Source: an uncultured virus (IMG/VR IMGVR_UViG_3300017758_000001)
Lineage: Duplodnaviria; Heunggongvirae; Uroviricota; Caudoviricetes
Strand: one strand, 5' to 3'
Virus record (IMG/VR): IMGVR_UViG_3300017758_000001
Length of the DNA stretch: 64,000 nucleotides
Under the pieces are notes generated by a model. The model was given only the letters and a program-made list of their open reading frames with translations, searched no databases and had not been told where the DNA came from. This document shows, piece after piece, positions 36,549 through 46,963 of the stretch. The position numbers and the translations under genes are program-made. Every line of letters starts with the position of its first letter. Positions within the stretch are counted from its first letter, which is position 1.

Positions 36549-38843
36549 TTAAAAGTCTAATTTAACTGAAAATACTTGAGTACCTATTCTTTTGATCGGT
36601 GAAGATGTTTTTGCATTTACTAATACGTTCTTGTTTTGGTCTAATAAAGCCACTTCGGTTACTCTCTTTGGGACCGACCCTCTCAACTGTGAAAATGTAG
36701 GGTTTTGTGTATTTGTAAATTGATCAGAAGGTAAATTCACTAAGAATCTTAATTCTTCGATGTCTGAAGATCGGATCACTTTTATACTACCAGGAAATGG
36801 TTGTTCATCACCAAATTGTGGGTCGTTAGATGGTTCATCAGGTATATAATTTGTACTATTAAGACCTGTAAGTAAATAATTTTCTAAATCAAATAAAGTA
36901 CCAGTATCAATATCACTAAGTAATATAGTAAAATTGTGTTCTCTTAGGTTTGAAGGGTCAATTAAATCCCCCACATTGTGATTTGGTATTTTATTTGTAA
37001 AATCCATTTCGATCCATTGATTAGGGTCGGGTAATAGATCACTATTTGATGTCGTCTCTTGAACCAAGATTTTAAATTTGTCAACAATGTATCCTTTTGT
37101 TGAATCCAATAAATCTGTTTTCATATGTTGAAAAGAACCTACCCCATTAAAATGATCCTGAGATCCACCAAATTTTACTGCAATGTCTGAAGGATATGTA
37201 ATATCACAACCTTCTACATCAGTATTAACCTCTACTTTAGTTAAGTAGTTACAAGGTAAACCATTTAATTGTTTATCTAATGAGTATTCTAAAATATATG
37301 TAACCCAATATGTCTGTCCCGTTGTTCCCGCAAAACACGCATTGTCTTTTGAGTTTTCACTTGGTATTGGATAAACTTTTGGTGCGGGTAGTGTATATCT
37401 TCTGTTTGATCTGTACTCTAAAAGTGCAACAAGTTCTTGATCATCGAAAACAATTAATTTCTTGTCAACAAACACTTTTCCAACTTTTTTCCCTACTTCA
37501 TCTAAAAGGTATCTATATTTAATATATTTTGTTCTAATATCACCAGGTGTACCCGCAACTGTAGAATCTAAATGATAATCAGTATCATCCATTTTGAATT
37601 CCGCACCTATAGTAGTACCAGTACTATTTTCATAATATATAAAAGGAATGTAAACATTAAAAAAGTCTTTATCGGTCACAATTTCTTCATCAACTAAAAC
37701 CCCTTTTCCTGATTCAGTAGAACTTCCAATGTAATCGTCATATTTAAAAAATCTATCGGGGTCATCATATATGTGACCTAATTCGCTATAATGTATAATT
37801 GCGACACATCTTTGTTCTTCAGGTGATACGGTAATCTCTTCACTATATGAATTAAAGTATGTTGTACCTGTATTAGTTACTTGACCACTTGATGTACCAT
37901 ATCCCAAGTATTCTGAAGTTGAAATGTGTTTGTTACTCGTAAAACCACTTAAACTTTCATCGACACCGTTGGTGTCAGCACCAACAGGTTTTTCTTTCCA
38001 TACCACATTCAATTTCCATGGATCATGTTGTTCACTTGGATCTACTTGACTTGAAACACACTCTGTTGAGGTTTGTGGTTCTAATGGATGTTCGATACTA
38101 CATTTGTTACATATGACTTCTGCGTACCCTGTATGATTACTGAAATTAGGGGTTGGTCTATCAAATGTTATTGTTGTTTGTCCTGTGACTACGTTATCAC
38201 ATTGGGGTGTGGTTGTAGTTCCCGTTACAGTACTAATTGAAACTATTTTATAAATTAAACTTGTGGAGTTTTCACTAACAACTTGTTCCTCACTAATAAA
38301 CTCATTATTAAAAACAACTGTTACAAATTCACAACCATTAAATCTCGATAAATTATTTGTATCTATCGAAGTTTGAGATCCACTGTTACAATCTAAATAC
38401 GCTTGTGTTTCAGTGAACGTAATAATATTGGTTCCTGTAAATCCATTTAATGGTAATCTTACAGATGCACATTCTATTGTTGTTCCTGTGCACTCAGTTT
38501 GATCATAAGGTTTATATTCTGTAATAAAACCTGCAGGACCCATACCGTTTCGAACTGTAGTTGTTATTGAATCCATTTTTGGTACACCATAAGTCGTCGT
38601 ACCTAAACTATCAATTAAATAAGGGTATTTTATTTGACTGTCTTTATCAAAAGGTGATAAAACATTTTGTTGTGGGTTATTTTGAATACCATCTAATGAA
38701 TCAAATGGTTGGGTATAGTCAAATTCAGAATCCCCAATTTGAAAAAACTTTATTTGGAAATTACCTTCCGCAATAGATTTTCTTCCTTTTTGGGTAATTC
38801 TCGCTGAGAGAAACTCTGCATTATTTTGACTTAAAAAACTCAT
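36549..38843 (-). CDS. Baseplate/tail-associated structural protein (764 aa)
   Basis: N-terminal ITQKGR..FQIGDSE and C-terminal VTEVALLD..VNAK..VKLDF resemble the two ends of tail-collar/fibre-attachment domains. Confidence 0.65.
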   Translation of the reverse strand: MSFLSQNNAEFLSARITQKGRKSIAEGNFQIKFFQIGDSEFDYTQPFDSLDGIQNNPQQNVLSPFDKDSQIKYPYLIDSLGTTTYGVPKMDSITTTVRNGMGPAGFITEYKPYDQTECTGTTIECASVRLPLNGFTGTNIITFTETQAYLDCNSGSQTSIDTNNLSRFNGCEFVTVVFNNEFISEEQVVSENSTSLIYKIVSISTVTGTTTTPQCDNVVTGQTTITFDRPTPNFSNHTGYAEVICNKCSIEHPLEPQTSTECVSSQVDPSEQHDPWKLNVVWKEKPVGADTNGVDESLSGFTSNKHISTSEYLGYGTSSGQVTNTGTTYFNSYSEEITVSPEEQRCVAIIHYSELGHIYDDPDRFFKYDDYIGSSTESGKGVLVDEEIVTDKDFFNVYIPFIYYENSTGTTIGAEFKMDDTDYHLDSTVAGTPGDIRTKYIKYRYLLDEVGKKVGKVFVDKKLIVFDDQELVALLEYRSNRRYTLPAPKVYPIPSENSKDNACFAGTTGQTYWVTYILEYSLDKQLNGLPCNYLTKVEVNTDVEGCDITYPSDIAVKFGGSQDHFNGVGSFQHMKTDLLDSTKGYIVDKFKILVQETTSNSDLLPDPNQWIEMDFTNKIPNHNVGDLIDPSNLREHNFTILLSDIDTGTLFDLENYLLTGLNSTNYIPDEPSNDPQFGDEQPFPGSIKVIRSSDIEELRFLVNLPSDQFTNTQNPTFSQLRGSVPKRVTEVALLDQNKNVLVNAKTSSPIKRIGTQVFSVKLDF

Positions 38844-38861
38844 ATCTTAATTATATACAAT

Positions 38862-40262
38862 TTAAACTTGATTCTGTACTATATATCCGCTCTCACAACC
38901 AATTATTATTTTTGTATTTTCTACATCCCTACCTACACCAATGTGAAGACAAGGTTTTGTTGTACCCATTTGTTCCCAAGGATCATTTAAATCCGCAGTA
39001 GAACAAATTCTACCTTCAGTTCCTTTCTTACCTACAGCATACCATCTACCTTTAATATATTTGATATCGTATATATAATCAGTATCCATATTAGTTCCCA
39101 CATATGAAACCCAATTATTACCGTCATCTGTACTCATAATGAACTCTTGTGTGTTCGATGCTTGATTTGCATCTTCTATCGCCGCTAACCATGTGGTTTC
39201 TGCACCCAATGTTCCATGCTCGTTCAACACTTCTTGATTGTGACCAACAGCAGTTATTCGTTGATTTGTGCCTGAATTCCCCGATGTTACAGTAGAAAAG
39301 GTACTTCCCGCTGTTATTTTTAACATTTCACCACTATCTGCACCTCTAAATATTTTACTCTCACCATCATCTGTTATCCTACAACCATATCCATATAATG
39401 TTTCACCTACAGTAGTTTGCCCATACGAGTCATAGGTCATAAATGCACCACTCGTAGCTGAACCACCTAACCAAACCGATATTTCAGTCCCGTTTAGTCT
39501 TGTGAAATTACTTTGATACGCTCCTTGGGTATTCCATAATGAACCTAAAAAGGCCACATATTTATTATGACCATCCCTCTTTGTCGATGTTGATAACCCT
39601 CTTGACTGTATATCTTGGAAAGAATATTTAACAAATCCAATACGGGTTGAGGGACCGTTAACAGTACCATACTGCATGACTGTATTATGTGACCATGTAT
39701 TTCCTCCGTTACTCGAAAAACTTACAGAACCATTATATTGATAATTAGTATTCGATGGAGAAGTAGCCGCACCTGCGTGATGTACTGTAGTTTCATTACT
39801 TACCACGGCAATTGCCGTATCGGGACACCAATTATTGGTGGGTTCTTTAAGCCACGTCTGTCCATTATCATCAGATCTTACTATGTATCCGTCGCTTGCT
39901 GCAGTACCATAACTCACTTGAATCATCCAATCGTTTTGGGTGTTTGTTATCGAATTTACTATACCTGTAATATTATCTGTTATAACATTGTCACTAACAT
40001 CTACAATTTGTCCTTCAGTGAATGTACTTATTGGTGCATTTGGTAAAACAACTCTTATATTTGTACCACACGCAGAGTCTGATACTACATAATACGTGTA
40101 TCTATAATCTTGATCTTGAAAGGTATAACCATTAGCCAATTGCGTACTTGTTACCCCCGCTTGTATTAAATTATTTGAGTCCACAAAACTGTGGTAAATA
40201 CTTACATTCGAGATTCCGCTCCCAATTGTAGTTCCTGTTAATGTTACATTTCTAAGTGCCAT
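38862..40262 (-). CDS. Asp-box (BNR) beta-propeller protein, putatively virion-associated
   Basis: RSDDNGQTW, FSSNGGNTW, STDDGNNW. Confidence 0.75.
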   Translation of the reverse strand: MALRNVTLTGTTIGSGISNVSIYHSFVDSNNLIQAGVTSTQLANGYTFQDQDYRYTYYVVSDSACGTNIRVVLPNAPISTFTEGQIVDVSDNVITDNITGIVNSITNTQNDWMIQVSYGTAASDGYIVRSDDNGQTWLKEPTNNWCPDTAIAVVSNETTVHHAGAATSPSNTNYQYNGSVSFSSNGGNTWSHNTVMQYGTVNGPSTRIGFVKYSFQDIQSRGLSTSTKRDGHNKYVAFLGSLWNTQGAYQSNFTRLNGTEISVWLGGSATSGAFMTYDSYGQTTVGETLYGYGCRITDDGESKIFRGADSGEMLKITAGSTFSTVTSGNSGTNQRITAVGHNQEVLNEHGTLGAETTWLAAIEDANQASNTQEFIMSTDDGNNWVSYVGTNMDTDYIYDIKYIKGRWYAVGKKGTEGRICSTADLNDPWEQMGTTKPCLHIGVGRDVENTKIIIGCESGYIVQNQV

Positions 40263-40326
40263 ATTTTATAAATATCTATTCTTTTAATTTATTGTTTAAT
40301 TATACATCGTTAATCTCAATATCGGT

Positions 40327-40917
40327 TTAAACTGGATCATTACAATTTATATAATCGAATTGTGTAATTATTCCATGATCACCCGTAACAATATACCAAC
40401 CTGGGTCTGTTCCCCACGAACCAGTATTGTAGTAAAATATTCTATTTGAGGATCCGTTACAATTTGAACCTTGGATTCCTGTTATTATTGTATCACCTAC
40501 CGCAATATTGGAACCGTGTTTCTGAATCTTATATCCCCCTGATCCATACAATGCGTTTGTTTGTTGTTGGAAATTACATATGATATTGTACATATCAGAA
40601 TATGTATAGTTTTCAGAGGTGAAATTAAACGTCGTATCGTTTTCATCCTTCCAAGCGTATTTTAAATTGATTTGCTCACCAGGACAACCCTCACATTCAC
40701 AACCATTATCACTTACTATTTTATATTTTATATTGTCATTTACTTCAGGATAATCATCAGTATTTACAATTACAGGAAATTGGTTATAATCGATACCTGC
40801 CACAACTTGAATCCAACCCGTGTATGGGTATGTGTTAGTAAAGTCACTAATATAGACATCATAAGTGGATGATCCTGATGATGGATTGTTTAAACCTATT
40901 TCAACTAAAAATGCCAT
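40327..40917 (-). CDS. Cys-containing putative virion decoration protein (196 aa)
   Basis: N-terminal beta domain ending KIVSDNGC, like its neighbours; RTATTTAT upstream. Confidence 0.65.
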   Translation of the reverse strand: MAFLVEIGLNNPSSGSSTYDVYISDFTNTYPYTGWIQVVAGIDYNQFPVIVNTDDYPEVNDNIKYKIVSDNGCECEGCPGEQINLKYAWKDENDTTFNFTSENYTYSDMYNIICNFQQQTNALYGSGGYKIQKHGSNIAVGDTIITGIQGSNCNGSSNRIFYYNTGSWGTDPGWYIVTGDHGIITQFDYINCNDPV

Positions 40918-40929
40918 TGTTTATAAATA

Positions 40930-43524
40930 TTAATTGGTCACAGTAATAATACCTGACATGTTTATGTGTGCACTACACTGATAATAATATGTTCCCGCAA
41001 CTGTTGGTGTCCATGATACAGTTCCATTTGTTGCTCCTTGTCCCGTTACACCATTTACTTGATCACCTGTGCCTGTTGTAGGGGATGTCTTGAAATATAA
41101 CGGATGACCACCCGATAAATTTGTTATATTTAATGTGTCACCAACCTTGATTGTAAGTTGTGGGTCATTTCCTACGAAATCATTACCATTTTGGTCTCTA
41201 TAGAACATATAATGATTTGCTCCATCATTTATCACATAATATGTATATGTCGTTGGTAGTGAACTAAAACTTGATAATAATACTAATTCACAATCTAACT
41301 CTTGTGATGAACCAATTAATACAAGTTCACAATTATTTACTGTAGGTGTTGGTGTAGGTTGAGGTGGGTCATAAGATGACTTAATAACTAACTTACATAA
41401 TGTCTCGTCTTCCTCTACCGAACCTATAACTGTTAATCTACAAGCCAATGATGTTGAACCTCCAACTTCTGTTGGTGTTGGGGTTGGGTATTCCGTAGGG
41501 AATGGTGTAGATTGTGGTGTACTTGTTGGTGGTATCCCAACATCATTTACTGCTGTTGCCGTTGGTACTAAGACTTCCGTAGCCGTTGGTCCATACTCAG
41601 GTGTTGGATTAGGTGTTGCAAATGGTGTTGGTTGTGGATTATCATCAACATAATCTAATGTTGATGTTGGTGCCAATACATCCCTTGTTGGTTCAGGTGT
41701 ACTTGTGGGTGCAGGTGTTGGATAAGGTGTACTTGTAGGTTCAGGTATAGGTTGACCTAATTGTGGAGGATAGTTAAAACAGAAACTGTTTGGTTGGTGA
41801 CATGGTAATCCTAAAGGTGCTTGTGTAACACTTCCTGAAACGTGTGTCACCCCTAATGTCCAATAATTATTAGACGAATTATCAGTTAAACTATCTAAGG
41901 TAAATGTTGCCGAACTATTGTCTGCAGATCTACTAACTGTGAATGTGTATCCTGTTGTTAAGAAGTTATTTACTAAGTACCCGAAATCTTGTTGACCACA
42001 ACCAAGATCATATAAATAGAACTCAGTTATAGAACTAACGGTTGTTGTGTCTGCATATGCCTTACCATGAGATTGTGGTATCACTTGACTACCTAACCAA
42101 TCGTACATTATACATACCTGACTTGATGATTGTGTCGGTAATGGTGTTGCTGTTGGGTTCGGTGAACTAGTTAGGGTTGGTTGTGGTGTTTCCGATGCCG
42201 TTGGGTTTGGTGTTGATGACGGTATCGGTGTCACATCAGGTGTTGGGTCAGGTGTTGGATAAGGTGTTGGATCAGGTTCTGGTGTACTTGTAGGTGTAGA
42301 CGAAGGTATTGGTGTTGGATCAGGTTCTGGTGTACTTGTAGGTGTAGACGAAGGTATTGGTGTTGGGTTTATTGTTGGGTTAGGGGTAGGATTGGGTGTT
42401 GTGTTTGGTGTGGAGTTAGGGGTACTTGTTGGTACAGGTGTTGGATTTGGTACATCAGTTGGATTTGGTGTACTTGTTGGTTGTTGTGTATGTGTTGGTT
42501 CAGGTGTTGGATAATTCGTACTTGTAGGGTTAGGTGTTGGATTTGGTACAAGTGTTGCATTAGGTGTTGCGGTTGGTAGATTAGGATCCAATATTTCCGA
42601 ATAACAATCTAAATCAACCTCACAATCTGTTGGTGTGGGGGTAAGTGTAGGTACTGGTGTACTTGTTGGTTGTTGTGTATGTGTTGGTTCAGGTGTTGAA
42701 TATGGTGTACTTGTTGGTAATGGGGTAGGTCCATTAAAATCCACATCTTCAGTAGGATTAGGTGTCTGTGTCGGGAAAGGTGTTGGATTTAAAGTAGGTA
42801 ATGGTGTAGGGTTAGGGGTTGCACTTGGTGTTGGTTCTGCAGTTGGGAATGGAGTTGATGTTGGATTAGGAGTAGCAGTGGTTATGGGTGTCGAGGTTGG
42901 TGTAGGTGTTGGTACATCACCATCATTATCACAGGATACTCCCTCAGTAATTAAGTTGTTACCATCACTTATATTGTTCACCGTATTTTGTACGGCACAA
43001 ACAGTAACCAATGGTGGGTAACCAAAAGCGTTATTATCCGAAACTCCAAAGGTGTATGTTAGACCGTCATCACATTTTACATACTCATATATTGAATACT
43101 TTGCACCATTAACATTAACATCATGTGTCACATCATAAATAAAACAACTAGATGTGGATGTTGGTGTGGGTGTTGGAGACGAGGTTACAAATGGTGTAGA
43201 TGTCGGGTTTGGTGTTGGAGTTGGAGTTGCTGTTGGTGGTAATGGAGGTGTTTTCTCAATAAATGAGACACCAATTCTACAATCTCTATCACAGTTGTGT
43301 AACCAAGTTACTCCATTACTAATATTACCACCACCATTGTTTGATTTTATGTAACCCTCATAAATAACATTAGGTATAAGATCATCTAATATAATTTCTG
43401 TTCCTGTTGTAACAAAAATCTCTGTAAAATTATCACTACTTCCCTCTTGTCTATAACCAACAATATACCCTTCTACGGGTATTTCATTTATTGGGTGTGA
43501 CCATGTTAATTTTATAGATGCCAT
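40930..43524 (-). CDS. FN3 + Pro/Thr stalk + C-terminal cupredoxin-like protein (864 aa)
   Basis: IKLTW..GYIVGYR..LIPNVIYE (FN3); PT repeats; GHPLY..GTYYYQCSAHINMSG. Confidence 0.8.
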   Translation of the reverse strand: MASIKLTWSHPINEIPVEGYIVGYRQEGSSDNFTEIFVTTGTEIILDDLIPNVIYEGYIKSNNGGGNISNGVTWLHNCDRDCRIGVSFIEKTPPLPPTATPTPTPNPTSTPFVTSSPTPTPTSTSSCFIYDVTHDVNVNGAKYSIYEYVKCDDGLTYTFGVSDNNAFGYPPLVTVCAVQNTVNNISDGNNLITEGVSCDNDGDVPTPTPTSTPITTATPNPTSTPFPTAEPTPSATPNPTPLPTLNPTPFPTQTPNPTEDVDFNGPTPLPTSTPYSTPEPTHTQQPTSTPVPTLTPTPTDCEVDLDCYSEILDPNLPTATPNATLVPNPTPNPTSTNYPTPEPTHTQQPTSTPNPTDVPNPTPVPTSTPNSTPNTTPNPTPNPTINPTPIPSSTPTSTPEPDPTPIPSSTPTSTPEPDPTPYPTPDPTPDVTPIPSSTPNPTASETPQPTLTSSPNPTATPLPTQSSSQVCIMYDWLGSQVIPQSHGKAYADTTTVSSITEFYLYDLGCGQQDFGYLVNNFLTTGYTFTVSRSADNSSATFTLDSLTDNSSNNYWTLGVTHVSGSVTQAPLGLPCHQPNSFCFNYPPQLGQPIPEPTSTPYPTPAPTSTPEPTRDVLAPTSTLDYVDDNPQPTPFATPNPTPEYGPTATEVLVPTATAVNDVGIPPTSTPQSTPFPTEYPTPTPTEVGGSTSLACRLTVIGSVEEDETLCKLVIKSSYDPPQPTPTPTVNNCELVLIGSSQELDCELVLLSSFSSLPTTYTYYVINDGANHYMFYRDQNGNDFVGNDPQLTIKVGDTLNITNLSGGHPLYFKTSPTTGTGDQVNGVTGQGATNGTVSWTPTVAGTYYYQCSAHINMSGIITVTN

Positions 43525-43533
43525 ATCTTATAA

Positions 43534-45474
43534 TTATTCTTCTGTTGGAGTTGGTGTTGGTTCCACTTCTTCACTTCTTATGTTACCATTGAAACCATTA
43601 TCTTCTAAACACTCTTCACAGTCAGTGTATTCTGCATCGGATATTATTAGATTTCTAGGTTCGTTAGATGCACTCATAAGGATAAAACATCCACTAAATC
43701 CTTGGTCAGAACCATACTCTGGATTTACTCCGATTACCACACCTGCATTAAGATTTTGGTGTGGATCGTGTAACATATATGGAACTGATCCCCCATTACA
43801 TTCTCTCATAGTCCAATAGTATGGGTATAAAGTAGGGGTAGGTGTAGGTGTCGGGTCTGGTGTAAGACTATCATTACATTTTTGACAATCACCGTGGGTA
43901 TTATCAGCGTTAATCATATTGTCAGAGTCTGGTGTCCCTAATGAAGATGTAATGTAACAAACTCCGTTGTAAGATATTGATTGTAAAGGACCATAAGTCC
44001 AATTTCCTCTAAGAATATTATCAATTAGATATAAATTGACAGTTTGACCTTCACATGTCTTTAATATCCAATATCGTACTGTACTCCCCGCAGTTGGACT
44101 TGGAGCAGGTGTTGATGATGGTGTAGGGTTAGGGGTTGCGTTTGGTGTTGATGATGGTGCGGGAGTTGGGTCGGGAACTTTAGTTGGTCCAGGTGTTGGA
44201 TTAGGGGTTGCGGTTGGGTTAGGTGTAGGTGTTGGATTAGGAGTTGCATTTGGTGTTGCGTTTGGTGTTTTCGTTGGGGTTGATGCTATACTTATATCAA
44301 CATCAAAATCACAGTTTGGAGTTGATGTTGGATTAGGAGTTGCATTTGGTGTTGCATTTGGTGTCGTACTTGGACTTGGTGTTGGTGTTGGTGTAGCAAT
44401 ATCCACATCTATATCGAAATCACAATTAGGTGTTGCATTTGGTGTGGAGGTTGGGTTAGGGGTAGGTTGATTAGTAGGATTAGGAGTTGGAGTAGGCGTT
44501 GGTGTGGCAATATCTATATCTACATCAAAGTCACAATTTGGTGTTACCGAAGGACTTGGGCTAGGTGTTGGAGTCGGTTGATTAGTAGGATTAGGAGTTG
44601 CTGTTGTCATAATCGTATCAACATCGAAATCACAGTTTGGTGTTACACTCGGACTTGGAGATGGAGTTGGTGATGGTTGGTTTGTAGGATTAGGAGTTGC
44701 TGTTGTCATAATCGTATCAACATCGAAATCACAGTTTGGTGTTGCACTTGGAGACGGACTCGGTGTTGGTGTTGGAGTTGGTGCGGCAATCTCAATATCT
44801 ACATCAAAATCACAATTAGGTGTTACACTTGGAGATGGGTTAGGTGTAGGTTCAGGGTTAGGTGTAACTGTCGCTGTTGGTTCAGGGTTAGGTGATCTAG
44901 TTTCTGCAGGTGTTGTTGGACTTGGAGTAGGACCAAATCCTTGAATTGGTGTTACTGATGGACTAGGTGAAGGTGTAGGGTTAGGAGTCGCATTTGGTGT
45001 TGATGATGGTGCGGGAGTCTCAGTTGGTTGATTAGTAGGATTAGGAGTGGCTTCGTTAGTTGCGTTAGGTGTTGGTTGTGGTGTTTCTGATGCAGTTGGG
45101 TTTGGTGTAGATTGTGGAGTTGGTTGTGGTGTACCCGTAGGGTATGCAGTTGGATTAGGGGTTGAAGTTGGTCCGATTGGACACTCAGGTCCACAATCAA
45201 CCGTAATCATTTTTACTTGAAAACCACCTTGTCTTTTAGGTGTATCGTTTGGTGGTGGTGTAATATGATCGTCACAATGTTCAACGAATATATAGATTGG
45301 TCCACTGTTTATATTGTTTACTGTAAATTCGTACGGTAAGGTTTGTTCTCCTAAGAAAGTGGCACTATTAGGTATGAGATATGGGTCCCCATTGTATGTA
45401 GTTGCTGTGTATATTCCATAATCAGAACACACACCATTATCATATAAATTAGTAACTGTTAATTTTACACCCAT
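43534..45474 (-). CDS. Pro/Thr-stalk protein with six NCDFD motifs and two Cys-rich C-terminal modules (646 aa)
   Basis: Read from the translation. Confidence 0.8.
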   Translation of the reverse strand: MGVKLTVTNLYDNGVCSDYGIYTATTYNGDPYLIPNSATFLGEQTLPYEFTVNNINSGPIYIFVEHCDDHITPPPNDTPKRQGGFQVKMITVDCGPECPIGPTSTPNPTAYPTGTPQPTPQSTPNPTASETPQPTPNATNEATPNPTNQPTETPAPSSTPNATPNPTPSPSPSVTPIQGFGPTPSPTTPAETRSPNPEPTATVTPNPEPTPNPSPSVTPNCDFDVDIEIAAPTPTPTPSPSPSATPNCDFDVDTIMTTATPNPTNQPSPTPSPSPSVTPNCDFDVDTIMTTATPNPTNQPTPTPSPSPSVTPNCDFDVDIDIATPTPTPTPNPTNQPTPNPTSTPNATPNCDFDIDVDIATPTPTPSPSTTPNATPNATPNPTSTPNCDFDVDISIASTPTKTPNATPNATPNPTPTPNPTATPNPTPGPTKVPDPTPAPSSTPNATPNPTPSSTPAPSPTAGSTVRYWILKTCEGQTVNLYLIDNILRGNWTYGPLQSISYNGVCYITSSLGTPDSDNMINADNTHGDCQKCNDSLTPDPTPTPTPTLYPYYWTMRECNGGSVPYMLHDPHQNLNAGVVIGVNPEYGSDQGFSGCFILMSASNEPRNLIISDAEYTDCEECLEDNGFNGNIRSEEVEPTPTPTEE

Positions 45475-45546
45475 AAAGTATCACCTATATTGTAATAAAT
45501 ACTTTAGAATGTAGATTATATTAGATTTATAAATCTAAATTTTGAA

Positions 45547-46875
45547 TTAGTATGGATTCTGCTCGCCCTCAGTACAATCGTGAGTTCCATTATCAATACA
45601 TCGAGCGACGTTATTAATTCTAATATATACCCATGGTGTTATTGTGGTTGAGATTGAGGTACCTGTCACAGTACTCACCGCATGATATAATGGGGTGTTG
45701 CTTGTTCCAGCATTACTGACATATGGATTTCCATTCGAATCATAAATCGTAGTATTGAGTAATCCACTATAAGTCGATGCTGATGATTGAATTTCTGTAC
45801 TTATGTTGTAATCGCCATCACATAAGTCTGAGAGAGTATATGATGGTGTTGATATGTAATAAGTATACATTGTTGATGTCGCTGTTGGGGTTGGTGTAGG
45901 TGTTGGATCGGGTGTACACACACATGATGTATTAATTATAGTAATACCACTCGGTGCAGATCCTGTTTCTTGTGTTTGATATTCATAACACTTATTATCG
46001 GTTCCCCCATCGTTTATTGTTAATGTACTACCATACGCAGGTGCACTACCATATTCATCCTGTGTTAAATATATTGGTGGGTTTGATGTAGGACCACTTG
46101 ATTGAGTTGCTGTTGGTGTTGGTGTAGGATCTTCTCCTCTTATTCCTTCTTCTCCTACCTCAACGTTAAATGCGGAGGTTTCAATTGTTCCACAATACAC
46201 AAATTTCAAGTTTCTTATTTGTTCGGGTGTTGCTGATGGACTAGGTGACGGTGTGGGGTCAGGTGAAGCACATTCACAACCACCATTTATAGTTAAAGTT
46301 GTTGGGGTTCCTTGTTCTTGACTATCATATAAATAACAATATGCGTCACTCATAAAGACTCTAGTACCCGAGCTTGGATACCCACCTAGTTGGGTTTCTG
46401 TTAAATATATGCAAGTCGTAGGAGTGAAGTTCTGTGTACTCACTGAACTTGATTGATTTCCTTCTCCACCACATTGACAGAATTTATGTGTTATTTCTGA
46501 TCCACCATCGGTTTCAGTTGGTGTAGGAACAGGTGTGGAAGTTGGATTAGGGGTTGGTTGGTTAGTTGCGTTTGGTGTAGGGTTAGGAGTTGCGGTTGGT
46601 GGTTGTGTTGCGTCAGGTGCTATATTAAAGATAACTTGATTAGTACTACAGTCAGTCGCAAAATTTGGGTTATCATTTACAAAAATAAGTAATCCCGTTC
46701 CATTTGGTACGGTAACAATAACACCGTTTTGTACTTGTGAGAGTGTTAAATTAGTTGCAGGAGTTGAAGAACCATAAATGGTTGCAATATTAGATGAATT
46801 GACTTGATCATAATATATTGTGTAGGTTCCATTATCTGTCCCCCCTGTTAATGTTACTGTATAATTTAACGCCAT
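45547..46875 (-). CDS. Cys-rich, Pro/Thr-linker putative decoration protein (442 aa)
   Basis: N-terminal YTIYYDQVNSSNIAT..PATN paralogous to the 1753-aa gene; duplicated C..IYLT..CY.Y..C.C module. Confidence 0.8.
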   Translation of the reverse strand: MALNYTVTLTGGTDNGTYTIYYDQVNSSNIATIYGSSTPATNLTLSQVQNGVIVTVPNGTGLLIFVNDNPNFATDCSTNQVIFNIAPDATQPPTATPNPTPNATNQPTPNPTSTPVPTPTETDGGSEITHKFCQCGGEGNQSSSVSTQNFTPTTCIYLTETQLGGYPSSGTRVFMSDAYCYLYDSQEQGTPTTLTINGGCECASPDPTPSPSPSATPEQIRNLKFVYCGTIETSAFNVEVGEEGIRGEDPTPTPTATQSSGPTSNPPIYLTQDEYGSAPAYGSTLTINDGGTDNKCYEYQTQETGSAPSGITIINTSCVCTPDPTPTPTPTATSTMYTYYISTPSYTLSDLCDGDYNISTEIQSSASTYSGLLNTTIYDSNGNPYVSNAGTSNTPLYHAVSTVTGTSISTTITPWVYIRINNVARCIDNGTHDCTEGEQNPY

Positions 46876-46880
46876 TTAAT

Positions 46881-46950
46881 CTTTTATATTATAAATACTC
46901 TTTATATCTAATTATTTTTATTTTTATACTATAAATACTCCTTATGTTCA
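46881..46950 (-). repeat. Direct repeat with a 40-nt period carrying two GTATTTATA motifs
   Basis: ttttatattataaatactcttta vs ttttatactataaatactcctta. Confidence 0.7.
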
Positions 46951-46963
46951 ATTACTTTTTTTT

